Source: Takakia lepidozioides (taxonomy: Eukaryota; Plantae; Bryophyta). From it: 64,000 nt of DNA. The notes beneath the pieces are model-generated. The model was not told the origin of the DNA, did no database searches, and saw only the letters and a list, made by a program, of their open reading frames with translations. The stretch is from positions 23,932,001 through 23,996,000 of the forward strand of contig CM060734.1 of NCBI GenBank assembly GCA_030704615.1, written 5' to 3'. Positions within the stretch are counted from its first letter, which is position 1. Each line of letters begins with the position of its first letter. The position numbers and the translations under genes are program-made. Positions 27,694-39,900 of the stretch are shown here, piece by piece.

Positions 27694-28249
27694 TTGTCAT
27701 GACCTGTACATAAACAAACCCCGCCCCCCCCCTCCCACCCTGTTTTTATCATGAATGATCGGGTGAAATCAATTGGGAAGTCATGACTAGAATGGAAGTG
27801 TTAGATGGTGCCCTGTTTTATGGGCTGTTTATGTCTTTAATTGACAATGACCCTAGTAGGGTCTTGTCAATGTCTTGACATGACATGAATATCTTCTCAC
27901 TCTCTCCCTCTCTTTTGTCTGTGTCCCTCTCCCTCTCTCTTTTTAAGTTTTTTGCCCCCTCTCTCCCTCTCTTGTTTGTTTTTTTTTTAAGCAGCACAAA
28001 AGATAGGGAGAGAGATGGAGAGAAGGTGGGGGGGGGGGGGGGGGGGGGTGGGACTGAGCAGCTGCCTGTTGCTCAGTCACTTCCCCCCCCCCCCCCCCCC
28101 ACCTTTTTTTTCTTCTTTGTTGCCCCCTCTGTCCTTCTCTCTCCCTCTGTCTCCCTCCCTCCCTCCTTGGAATTGGCCGGTTTTATCAGTGTTAATTTCC
28201 TATTTTTTCAACCATACCGGAAGGACTCTGGCAGTTTTTTCACCCACCC

Positions 28250-28812
28250 TATAACAATTTTCCATCCATACCGAATGAACTACCAGGGTGGACACTGAAT
28301 TACCTCTAAGCTGAGTCTCTGATTTTTCATTCCTCTTTTATTGACTTTCATCCATACCGGATGAGTTACTAGAGAACGAGGAATTACCTCTGTGGGGGTT
28401 GCCACTGGCATCCTATTTTTCCATCCATACCGGATGAAAAATGACAGGATATTAATTTTTTTATTCCTCTTTATTGCTTTTTTATCCGTACTGGATAAGG
28501 CCTTTTTTTTGGGATGTTGAATTACCTGTTAGGATGTAAAACCGATGCCTTGGATGTTATCTACTGTTTTTTCATCCTACTGATGGACTTTTTCCAACGG
28601 ATGAACTCAATGATTTTTTCATCTGAACCGGATGAAATGTACAGCTTATGATGGCCCTGGACTGATGTTAATTACCCTTAATTATGGTTAATTAAGGAGT
28701 GAAACCCCAACCCCTACCCTAAAACCTGCTGTTTAACCTAGCTACGGATGACATCCATCGGGTTTTAAAGAATATGATGTTGATTACTCATCCTGCACGG
28801 ATGAAAAATCGG
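28250..28812. repeat. Dispersed palindromic TTCATCC-N(5-6)-GGATGAA motifs (transposon subterminal-like)
   Basis: About 6-7 copies, e.g. TTCATCCATACCGGATGA (~28347), CCATCCATACCGGATGAAAA (~28421), TCATCCTGCACGGATGAAAA (~28788). Confidence 0.7.
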
Positions 28813-31800
28813 GCAAGAGCCCTAAGATGTCTCTCCCGCCGTTAGAAGCACGAGCAGTGCTGCTGAGCTCGCGGGAAGAGCGTTATGGTGTCTGCGTTTT
28901 GCCGCTACCATGTTTGCTGCATCGTACCCGTGCTGGGCGATCTCCTAGGGATGTGCAATGGCGGCGCTTTATTTTTTCTTATAGGCGGGAGACAATGTTG
29001 TGAATGCATCGTCTCTTTCCCTCCTCTGGCTTTTAATTTTTGCAGCGGCAATTGTGTGGGGAAGTATCTCTCTCTCCCTTCTTAAACCTAGCAAGTGTGC
29101 TTGTATGCTTCACTTCTCTTTTGCTTTGCTGGAGGTGGCTTGCTGGTGGCGATTGCGCACAGTTACCTTCCACAATCGCTCAAGGTGCTTTTGGTGATTA
29201 TGGTTCCTTTTGTTTTATGTCTTTATCTCTTGCTTTTGAGGTTCTTACTTGACATCGATGACAAGTGTAGGGGTCTGTGATTCACCTGGGGTTCCACAAT
29301 CCTCACTAACCTGTTGGTTTTTGTGGGGGCTTGTGATGGGACCAGGTGAGGATCCCTACTTGCTTTGAATTCTCTTGAACTTGCAGATACGGATGTGGAC
29401 AAAGGGAACCTATTGTGTATGGCGTCTTGACTTGGCTGCTGCCTGCAGCCCCGATTTCGGCCCGCTTGCTCCTGGTTTGGCATGCTGATGCTTACTTTTG
29501 ACTTATGTTTTACTGCCTTTGATGGAGCACTTTGGTCTGGCAGGCTTGTCTCTTGAAGCCCAGCATCTGGACCTTACCTTGTCTTGAATCTTTGACATCA
29601 TTGCCTGTGGATTATTAAGCTAGGGAAATCTCATAATAGAAAGCGAAACCCCCAGTCCACCGACTGCCACCTTGTCTACAAGGAATGTTACATCAGACGG
29701 ATGCATGGTCTTAGAGATTGCCGATAGCGACGGTGAAGAAGAAAGACCCAAAATCATTGAAGAAAGTGTCAGCATAACTACCGAAACCGACTCAAGCACT
29801 CAGACAAAAAGTTCCACATTTCAATCCAATTTGATTCATCTAATACTTGTTCAACACATGTTTGGTGGTATATAAAACATACTGGCAAAGTCTGAGAACA
29901 AACTAAAATCATTCGTTTGGTGTGTAAAACATACCCACGACCTTTGGAAAGAAGCTAAAATCATTTCGATGGGCAATTGTTGGTTTGACCTTTCATTCAA
30001 TTTTAAGGAAGTTCATCCTTCGCCCGCAGGTGCTGCAACATGTGCACAACACGAATGCAAAATTTCACAACAAAACCAAATCATTTGCCCCCCCCCCAGG
30101 ACGCGTTCACCCTGTCATCCAATTTTGTTCATTGCGAAAGAAATCCTTTTATGGGTGAACGGGTATTGCACCCATTGAACGGATGTGGTTCAAGCTCATC
30201 TTTTGCCCACATGTCCTTGAATATATGTGCAACACCTGTACAGAGATTCAACAGAAATTGTGCACATTTGCCTCCCCAACAACGCACTCACCCTTTCAAC
30301 CAATGGTGAAATAAATCGAGTTTAAATGATTTTTAAATAAATATTTAGATTTAGAATATCTAGGATTGCGGATTTGAGGGGTATAATGATTTTATTTTTT
30401 ACTCTATTTTGTTTGTTGAATTCAACCCTTGTACCACTACATCCATACAAAAGATTGGACCCAAATTTGAAAAAATAAATAAATAAATAAATAAATAAAA
30501 TCTTGGGTCAGTATTGCAGAACTTTCTATGAAGAGTGCATGAAGTTGAAAAGAACTCAACCTTGGAGTGCAAATGAGGGAAGAAAAATATGATTTTGGGT
30601 CTAGATAACTTTTGTTTGCTGCCAAATTTTGCACGCACATTGCACACGCTGTCATTAAAGCATATGGCTTGAGAATGGAATTAAAAAAAAATCATGTGCA
30701 GGTGAAACGCAGTTTTCCGTCTCTACGACACGTAGTTGTGTTCATCACTTGAATGACCCATTGAATGAACTTGGTTCAAGCTCATCTTGGTGCACATGTG
30801 CTTAAGTATGTTCAGATCACATATGCAAAGTCGCAAAAGATGAGCATCAAGAAAATATTCACATCAATCGGTTAATCAAATGTATACAAAGTGCATCATG
30901 AGAATATCTACAATGTCTTCTACGCGATCCCGGTCTCAAAGCAACCGTAGTTCTGTCACACACATCCTACTCATGTTGTATCCGGAGGTCCCAAGCATCT
31001 CGCGAGAACTCGTAGGATGCAAATAGCTCGGTGCCAGCCCTAATAGTCATACTAGCACATGTCATCACAAACATGTGCATCCCCTCACACTATGGGGATA
31101 AATGGAGGCCGGTGAAATTGGAGTGAAAGTACTTCAAGACCATATCGACTAACCAAAAAGACGTCTATCACTACGATGTACAACAATTTACAATACAAGA
31201 TTATCATATTGGTCTGAAATCTGGTGTGAAGTTGGTTGTGTTTTTGTTACCTCTTTGCTGCGTTGAAATATTCTCGCAGGATATCTGAAGGTCGTTTTCT
31301 CCCCTGTATGCTTAAACTATATCAGTTGGTGGGAATCCGGAGGCCACCGTGCCGAAGAAAATATCAAGAAACATTATGAACAAACTCCGTAGTACTTACG
31401 GGGTCAAAGAATTCAGAGGAAGACATGGCGCCTATGATGAGTGGTCCGCTAATAAATAAGCTCTTTTCCCTATCATAGGCGCCATGTTTTCCCTTGAATT
31501 TTTTGGCCCCGTAAGTACTACGAAGTTTGTTCATAATGTCTTGTAGGTATAAGGGAGGTGACACATCATTCGGACAAAGATGCTGGTCGGAACAGGCATG
31601 TCGGCTCGACAGGAGAGATGAATGAAGTAATGGATGAAGTGGGGATGTGCAGCAATCATCCAACATAATTCATTAAAGTGATGCCACGAATGAATGGATG
31701 GGGTAGTGGAAATTTCATTCATTGAGTTTTAAGGGAAATGACACAGTGGAGGGATGTGGGCATTGAATGGATGAATTGTCATACTTCATCCACGAAGTTA

Positions 31801-32952
31801 TAGTTGCTTGCTGGATGAATTAAGGGTAAGTTAAAAGTGTGATTGTCTTATGTTGGCTAGATGAGAGGGGGATAACGCCCGCAGGCTTACCAAATCAATT
31901 TTTAATAAGGGATCAAATAGCACCATGGGATGCATTAAGGGCTGCCAGCTGACTTCCTAGAGGAGGGGAGGTGGCTGGGTAAGATTTAAGTTGGGATGGT
32001 AAGAGAGATAACGCTTTTGACAATGAAACTTTTGGGAACGTGAGGTCTCTTGGAGAGATGGATGCAACGTGATATGGAGCAAAGTGGAGTGGGCATTTGT
32101 GATCACTCAGTTGGTACTTGGAACTAATGTGGAATGATGAGTGTGTTCAACCATAGAATAGAATCAAAATTTAGCAATGCATGAAAGATAGAACTCTTGC
32201 TTGTGTGATAGCTAGAATGATAGCATAGTGCAGAACCAGAGTTAGACATGGCAATGACAACCAAGATCTTGAGAGCACTTAGTCAACCTGAAGGTTAGTC
32301 CAGGCAATATCCAAGTGCATAACAAAAAACTAGAGTAAGTCAATTGAGTCATATAGATAGTGAGGGATCAGATTGTTGTAGTGCCACTGCCCCTATGGGT
32401 GGATAGTAGTTATTCCAAACTAAATTATGTGGGATAGCACACAGAAAACAAGAGTGCTAGAGTAGAGATATCCCAAGGAGAAGGATGTTGTCTTCTCTTC
32501 CGTTGCGGCAACATTCTATCCAAGGGGTGTCAAGGGTAAGACAAGGTAGAGTGAACCTTTAGGTAGGCCCTTCTTTTGGTATCGGAGCGTTCTTTCCTTA
32601 TGAACAAGTTTAGATAGGATAGAATAGCAGGTTTGAAGATAGCAATGAGCACCTAGAGATGTAAGTAAGAGACCAGGCTCTCATTCCAGAGCAGCCTGGT
32701 ATAAGGGACATATTGGTATGTTTCAGCCAAAGAAGTACCAACAACTCAAGAGAAGCTAGATTCTATTTCTATAATCCAGCTTGGACACTCTACAATGGAG
32801 ATTTATGCATAAGGGTCATACAAACGGAATGGCGAAGCATCAAGGAATGCAAGAAGCAATTGATAACATGGCTGGCTGAAATGTGCTGGATACCTTCGCT
32901 CATGAGACACCCATATTGTCTTTCATAAATTGTTCGATTTGGGTTGTAAGAG

Positions 32953-34113
32953 ATGGTATTCCAAGGCGAGTTGGACATCCCTTTCTATGGGGGAAAGGAA
33001 GAGGATGTGTGTGAGTGGCTGACTAGCCTACGGGAGGTCTGCGCATCTAGAGAATTTTTAGAAGACAGACTTTGGAAGCTAGCCCGACTGAATCTCAAAT
33101 CAAGCGCAGATTTGTGGTACTTGCGACAGAAACCAAGACCTCAGGGTTGGAGGAATTTCTATGAGGCCATCGTTTTGAAGTATGGAAGGGGAGTCATGCC
33201 AGTATTGAAGAAGGGCAAACTGGACGAAGTGCTGTTCACTGCTGGTGACACAAGGGGACTGATCAGATCTGCAAGTGAGCAGCTGACATTAGAAAGACAA
33301 ACTGAAAAGGTGTTCAATAAGAGGTCAACATGTATGGATCTTAAGGCTATCGAGACAGATTCAGCACTACACAGCACATCACTCAGGAACTCTGAAATGG
33401 GACGACAATTGGGTGAGGCAGCAGAAAGTAAAATTACCTGCAGAGGTAGCACCGGTTGCAAAATTGATCAGCAAATTGGATGCAGCTCTGCGTCCTGTCA
33501 AGGGAGTGAAACCCAAGACCAAAGTGAGGAAGATCACCGGCTGGGACTCCAGACAGAAGCATGCAGAATGCAACAATCCAACTGTGAGATGTTTGAACAC
33601 GGTAGCCCAGGGTACACTAGCAAGATGCCGATGCCAACAAAAACTCTCATCTCAGGCGAGAAGTTGATAACTGTGTTTTGTGAGGCTGATACTAATGAGG
33701 CCAACGATATGACGGCAAGGACGCCTTCATGCAAGGCACAAGGAAAAGAGGAGAAACTCGAGGTGCACCAGCAACCCTGGAGCAACTCTTCCAAGGAGGC
33801 ATATGGAGGCCTGCTGCTGAGGGCCGAGTCATGGGATGAGAAGGCAACACTAGAGAGGGATGAGATAAAACCTCTCAGACCTGGCAAGGAGCAAGGGTTT
33901 AAGGCAGTAAGCTCAGTCTGCAACAACCCTGATGAAGAAGCAACAAGGGCATGGAGCAGTGGAGAGCATCCCCATCAGCTTTGGAGAAATCCTTGGATGG
34001 CTGCACGAGTAAATCTGCAGTTGGAGTTAGACAATGGTGCCATGGAGTATTCAGACATGAAAATGAGGGAATGCAAACTTGTTGGCATGGCAAATCAGGT
34101 ATGGAAGCCATGA
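32953..34113 (+). CDS. Gag-like ORF of the LTR element
   Basis: FYGGKEEDVCEWL...LNLKSSADLWY...WRNFYEAIVLKY is a retrotransposon gag pattern, followed by low-complexity sequence. Confidence 0.7.
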   Translation: MVFQGELDIPFYGGKEEDVCEWLTSLREVCASREFLEDRLWKLARLNLKSSADLWYLRQKPRPQGWRNFYEAIVLKYGRGVMPVLKKGKLDEVLFTAGDTRGLIRSASEQLTLERQTEKVFNKRSTCMDLKAIETDSALHSTSLRNSEMGRQLGEAAESKITCRGSTGCKIDQQIGCSSASCQGSETQDQSEEDHRLGLQTEACRMQQSNCEMFEHGSPGYTSKMPMPTKTLISGEKLITVFCEADTNEANDMTARTPSCKAQGKEEKLEVHQQPWSNSSKEAYGGLLLRAESWDEKATLERDEIKPLRPGKEQGFKAVSSVCNNPDEEATRAWSSGEHPHQLWRNPWMAARVNLQLELDNGAMEYSDMKMRECKLVGMANQVWKP

Positions 34114-35036
34114 ATCTTGGCATGTGAAGGGACTCTGTTGGCTATGCAGAAAGAAAGGGACCAAGAGGGAGTGCTGGAAGTTTTAACAAAGCAAGTGAAA
34201 TAGCAAGTTAAAAATGGTGAAGGTGAACTTATCTTCTTCACTAAGAATCTGGAAATTGGAAGGCAAGGCGCAAAAATTGAGAGCTGCATGTATGAGGACT
34301 TAGAACCAACTGCTGTACTCACCAAAGTGACAGAAGAAGAAGAGCTTCATGCATTCAACATGGTGCAAGCAATGTCCGTTATACCCAGAGCAGAAGTATA
34401 TGTACATGACATTGAGATGCCAGAATGTGACTCACCAGTAAGGGAGGAAGATAATGAGTGGATAGGAGGTTGCAACAAGCAGAGATTGACAAACAAAGGA
34501 GACACGGCAAGGATGATAGTTTTGGGTACATGCACGATTCCAGAAGACATTGCAAAACTGAGGAAGCATGGAGTCAAAAGAAATATATACTGGTGGGTAT
34601 GTCATCAAGCTGCAAGACATACCAGGGATCAACATAAAGCATGCAACCAGCAGAAACAAGTAGGATTGCTAGTGCCACAAGGGAAGACAACATTACACGG
34701 ATACTGGTGGTACCTGCTCAGCAAGCTATGGAAAATGTTGATGGCGCTGGGAGCTGTGTGCACGTTGAGGGGCACTGATATTCCACATCAGAAGGAAAAA
34801 GACTGACCACAAGCCAATGTGGTCCAAGCACGCCCGAATGGAGCAGAAGAAATCATGCCAATTCATGAAGAGGACCTGCCAGGAGAGAATTCATCAAGTG
34901 ATGTCAAAAGTGATGGATCAGTGGGCCGCCATGAGGAAGGTAACCAGCGTTATCTTTTCAACTGTTACTTGAACACGATTGAAAGACAGGAGCTGAAGCT
35001 GAGCTGAAGCAAGGAAAGGGGGCAAACATTGGGGTA

Positions 35037-36728
35037 ATGACGATGAACTCTCAACCAAAGGCACGAGTTGACCTGATGATGTGGGGAAGGCATGCCATTC
35101 AAATGGTGATTATATGCTGCAGGTACCTGTGGCAAACAGTGACTCAACAGGTGAGGGAGGGAATGATGAACCGGAGTGACAAGGCTAAAGCAAGAAGGTT
35201 CCGAAGAGAACCCAATCCACATGGAGAAGCTGCAAAAATATCAACAAATAAACAATGGGGCTTAGCTGCACTCAAGAAGAAGAAAGGAAGGGATCAATGG
35301 AAAAGGAAAGCAGCCGGCCAAGCATGGAATGCCATGCAGGAAGAGAAGGAGATGGAATTGCAAGGAAGTGACTTTGTGAGCAGCCAACTGCCCTATGTTG
35401 GCATGGAACAGATCAAGGCAGTGAGAATGGACATTGCACAGCAACAGCAAGTCAACAAAAAGAGCTATTGGCGCAACAAGAATACCAAAAAGCAGGAAAT
35501 GGGAGAGGGGTACTGCCCTCATGTTGAGGGAAGGAATGTTCAGGCAGTCACTGGCAAACCTGGAGAGACATGCAAGGAAGGGCACACAATGAGTGGTGCG
35601 GACAGTCCATACCAGTCAGGAATCAGCCATTGGAGAGCACAACGGGAGTTGAAGAAGGAAGGTCAAAATGGGAGTAAACCAACACATGGAATTCTTCCAA
35701 TGGTTGGGCATGAACAGTTCAAAGTCACACAAGGGAATCACATGACAACGCAGCAAATGAAAGCAGCGATGGGAGAAAAACCACCTGAATGGCTGAAGCA
35801 TGAAGAGGGACGCTTGACTTACTGCAGGCTTGTAGTGCTATCGAAAGGTGATCGAACAGGCATCATTCGGAGTGTGCACTATGACATGGATCGTTTTGGG
35901 ATTCAACGGATGCAAGGGAAGAACTCTGCTGAACTTTTCTGGTATAATCAAACAGCCGAAATGACACGGAAAACACATATGCATGTGAGGTGTCAATCGG
36001 CTGATATCACAAGGATATTGAGGTCGGACAAAACGAGGCTGAGAGGTGTACCGCTGCACGATCTGACATTGCACCGGATGGCCATGAAAACAGTAAAGCT
36101 ACGACCATTCACCAATACAAGCGATGGATGTGCGTTGGTTGCAATTGACCACTTCTCTATGTGGGTTGAGGCAGAACTAGTCAAGCACCATATGGGAAAG
36201 AGAGCAACTCAGCTCGGGGAAGAACAACTTGCCTGTATATGTGAGGTGCTGAGTCGTGTGTTGACAGACCAGAGTAGCCAATGGCTAAGGGAATTCGCCA
36301 GCATGTGTGCCAAGTTCGGCATCCAACATGTACACTCCACGTCGTATTGGCAGCATTGCCATAGCTTGGTGAAAGGAGTCACAAGTTCCATAAGGCAAGG
36401 CATCATGTTGTTGAGAAAAGAGATTCGCAACCAGTGGAGTCGAGACTTGAGTAAAGCCCTGTTTGGATACCGTGTGGGAGTAGAGGCATCAACCCATCCT
36501 GCTCCGTTCAAAGAGCTCAATGTGAGGGACATGAAAAGGGTTATTGACAACCACATGGGAAGAATGACGGATCAGCTGGTGAATCTGAAGGAGGACGAGC
36601 AAGACATTGCGGCGATAATGAAGCAGGAACAGGTGGCCATGCAGCAAGTCGAGTTGAGCCTTCGCAGCAATGTTAGTGGAGCACAAGCACAATCAGCCAT
36701 GAAGGAAGCAAAGCTACGCATATTATAA
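35037..36728 (+). CDS. ORF with degenerate integrase (rve-like) C-terminal half
   Basis: LVAIDHFSMWVEA, RVLTDQSSQW, FGIQHVHSTSYWQHCHSLVKG and LFGYRVG. First catalytic D and the E appear substituted. Confidence 0.75.
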   Translation: MTMNSQPKARVDLMMWGRHAIQMVIICCRYLWQTVTQQVREGMMNRSDKAKARRFRREPNPHGEAAKISTNKQWGLAALKKKKGRDQWKRKAAGQAWNAMQEEKEMELQGSDFVSSQLPYVGMEQIKAVRMDIAQQQQVNKKSYWRNKNTKKQEMGEGYCPHVEGRNVQAVTGKPGETCKEGHTMSGADSPYQSGISHWRAQRELKKEGQNGSKPTHGILPMVGHEQFKVTQGNHMTTQQMKAAMGEKPPEWLKHEEGRLTYCRLVVLSKGDRTGIIRSVHYDMDRFGIQRMQGKNSAELFWYNQTAEMTRKTHMHVRCQSADITRILRSDKTRLRGVPLHDLTLHRMAMKTVKLRPFTNTSDGCALVAIDHFSMWVEAELVKHHMGKRATQLGEEQLACICEVLSRVLTDQSSQWLREFASMCAKFGIQHVHSTSYWQHCHSLVKGVTSSIRQGIMLLRKEIRNQWSRDLSKALFGYRVGVEASTHPAPFKELNVRDMKRVIDNHMGRMTDQLVNLKEDEQDIAAIMKQEQVAMQQVELSLRSNVSGAQAQSAMKEAKLRIL

Positions 36729-38189
36729 GATGGGGAAGGAAAACGATGCACACAAGCACGACAGGACCTAAAGGCACTGCGCACTACGAAGGATGAAAAG
36801 ACTGAGAGCTATGCCACCGAGGACGGAGGTAGCCAAGGAACGCAGTGCCCCACAGCTGTAGGTATAAGGCAGGTGACACATTGATCGGACAAAGATGCTG
36901 GTACAGGCATGTCGGCTCGACATCAGAGATGAATGAAGTAATGGATGAAGTGGGGATGTGCAGCAATCATTCAACATAATTCATTAAAGTGATGCCACGA
37001 ATGAATGGATGGGGTAGTGGATATTTCATTCATTGAGTTTTAAGGGAAATGACAAAGTGGAGGGATGTGGGCATTGAATGGATGAATTGTTATACTTCAT
37101 CCACGGAGTTATAGCTGCTTGTTGGATGAATTAAGGGTAGGTTAAAAGTGTGATTGTCTTATGTTGGCTAGATGAGAGGGGGATGACACCCGCAAGCTGG
37201 CCAAAACAATTTTTAGTAAGGGATCACATGGCACCATGGGATGCATTAAGGGCTGCCAGCTGACTTCCCGGAGGAGGGGAGGTGGCTGGGTAAGATTTAG
37301 GTTGGGATGGTGAGAGAGATAACGCTTTTGACATTGGAGCTTTTGGGAGCGTGAGGTCTCTTGGAGAGATGGATGCAACGTGATATGGAGCAAAGTGGAG
37401 TGGGCATTTGTGATCAGACTCAGTTGGTACTTGGAACTAGTGTGGAATGATGAGTGTGTTCAACCATAGAATAAAATCAAAATTTAGCAATGCATGAAAG
37501 ATAGAACTTTTGCTTGTTTGATGGCTGGAATGATAGCATAGTGCAGAACCAGAGTTAGACATGGCAATGACAACCAAGATCTTGAGAGCACTTAGTCAAC
37601 CTGAAGGTTAGTCCAGGCAATATCCAAGTGCATAACAAAAAACTAGAGTAAGTCAGTTGAGTCATATAGATAGTGAGGGATCAGATTGTTGAAGTGTCAC
37701 TGCCCCTATGGGTGGATAGTAGTTATTCCAAACTAAGTTATGTGGGATAGCACACAGAAAACAGGAGTGCTAGAGTAGAGATATCCCAAGGAGAAGGATG
37801 TTGTCTTCTCTTCCGCTGCGGCAACATTCTATCCAAGGGGTGTCAAGGGGTAAAACAAGGTAGAGTGAACCTTTAGGTAGACCCTTCTTTTGCCCCACAG
37901 TCTCTTGATATTTTCTTCGGGGGCCTCCGGATTCCCAGCGGTTGATATACGAACATGTTACAAGCACACAAGAGAAAATGACATTCCGTATCCAATGAGA
38001 ATATCTCACCGCAGCAACAGGGTGACAACAAAAACACAACCAGTTTCACATCAGATTATAAGTCAATATGACTAGGATCATCAGATACAAACTGTTGTAC
38101 ATCATGGCGGGAGATGTCCTCTTGATTGGTCAATTTGGTTCCGAAATAGTTGCCCTGTTCGCCTTGTAACAATGTGCCGCGTGGGTACT

Positions 38190-39900
38190 ACATCATGTCA
38201 TCGGGAGGGACATCATCTTCTTCATCAAGCTCCAACTCCTGTCTATTGTCCTCATCGAAGTCACTATATTGACCCCTCTCAAGAGAGTCATGATCAGAAG
38301 CCGAATCATCATCCATATATTCATATGGCTCTTGCACGACCGGAGGAGGCACAATAAGATCTTCCTCTTCTTATACATCCTCATTGTCATCCTCATCATC
38401 ATCCTCATCGTCATCCTCATCATCATCCTCATCGCCATCCTCATCGTCATCCTCGTCTTTGTCATCATCCTCCTTCGACGCAATATTCGCATCAACCACT
38501 TGATCTCCTCCAACATTGTTCAAGGCAGTGTCATCAATTGCCTCTATCCACGAAGCATCGGCCACCTCGTCCACCTCAGTCACTTTGGCCACTTCGGCCT
38601 CATCACCACCCCAATGATTTGATCCCTTGCCATGGTAAATGCGTCTCTCTCTTGGCCTAGCATGCACAACCACCTTCCAATTGCCCGATCTAGTCTCGTC
38701 TTCGGAAAAAAAAGACTTGTTCCATGTCCTTCGGCCATGCAAATGGTTCATCGGAGATGCGAGTAGAGAGCGTGATCCTATCCGTGTTGACCCGCATGAA
38801 GCCACACTCATCATGCAAGATGGTTGCATTTGGCCATGCAATGTGGGGTTGGAACCACCTCCCCTTGAAAAGAATAGGGCGATGGTGATCATACTCGAGT
38901 TGCAAAATGGCATCAATCTCCCCAATATATTCAAGCTTGCTTCTCTCGGGTCGAGTGTCCCTTGTGCTTGACACTGAGTCTTGCCAATATGTTGCACACA
39001 AACCGGAGTCAAATGTGGTCTTCCGACCCATGTCAAGAGAGCGGATGCGGAAATGACGACCATGAATCCAAATTGAGGAGAATGAAATGGCATATTGAGA
39101 TGGCTCTCTCGCATGCTCTTGCACTAAAGGCGGCACCACCTCGCCCGCGGCCATCGCAACCTCAACTCCACTCCGGAGCCAATGGCGAAATGGTCTCAAT
39201 GGCTACATCTCCGTGGGCAAATCACGCGCGCCCAATGGGGCCATGATCCTGGATCCGCGCCGTCCTCGTGATGCTCGACCCAATTCCCTTGCACGTGTGC
39301 GTCTCCAAATTGTACTTGCTTCCAACCGCCGTGCATTCTCATCCGCATGTCTTACCTCCCACTCCACTATGCAAGGGGTGTTCTTCAATACAAAGTCATG
39401 TGCTTGCTCCACTTCGGTGTTCGATAGTTTCACCCTCCTTGATTTTTTGGGCAAAACCATGTCCTTGTTCCGCACATCATCCTCTTCCTTCCACATTGGA
39501 GGGGCCTCTTTGTCCACCCTTCTCATGTACTCCGTACATAACACCATAGCCTCTTGCAATGTGTACCCCTCCGCCATGCTACCCTCGGGATGTGCCTTTT
39601 GCCGCACATGTGCCTTGACCTCCTTCATGTAACGCTCTAGAAAGTACATCCACCAAGCATGGACCGGCCCGGCAATCTCTGCCTCTTCCACCAAGTGCAC
39701 TACCAAATGCACTTGGATGTCAAAGAAATTAGGGGGAAGATGCATCTCCAACATACACAAGACCGTGGCCGCCTCCTCTTTCATTCGTGGAAAATCCGCC
39801 TCGTCCATCTCTTTTGTGCAAAGCCAACGGAATAAATCACCAAGTCGATAGACGGCTTTTCGAATGCCCTCATGGAGTGTCCCTTGTATTGCAATAACGG
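38190..39900 (-). mobile_element. CACTA/EnSpm transposase, C-terminal part (DUF4218/DUF4216-like), frameshifted
   Basis: LEMHLPPNFFDIQVHLVVHLVEEAEIAGPVHAWWMYFLERYMK...PEGSMAEGY; TFDSG, YIGEIDAIL and DEPFAWPKDMEQVFF; acidic tail. Confidence 0.9.

Larger units (their letters stand above)
31542..37899 (+). mobile_element. Non-autonomous Ty3/Gypsy-type LTR element (gag and degenerate integrase, no RT)
   Basis: Highly similar ~1.03-kb LTRs 31542-32576 and 36857-37890. tRNA-Met PBS TGGTATCGGAGC at 32577. 4-bp TSD GTCT. Confidence 0.9.
31130..38150. repeat. Long inverted repeat (~300-bp arms), right arm split by an LTR element
   Basis: Left arm ~31130-31438; right arm 31472-31541 plus ~37904-38150. 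The arms align in register once 31542-37903 is removed. Confidence 0.85.

Noticed and set aside
38193-38622. Met/Arg-rich and Ile-rich ORFs
   Set aside because: Alternative frames of the GAT/GAG acidic repeat in the CACTA tail.
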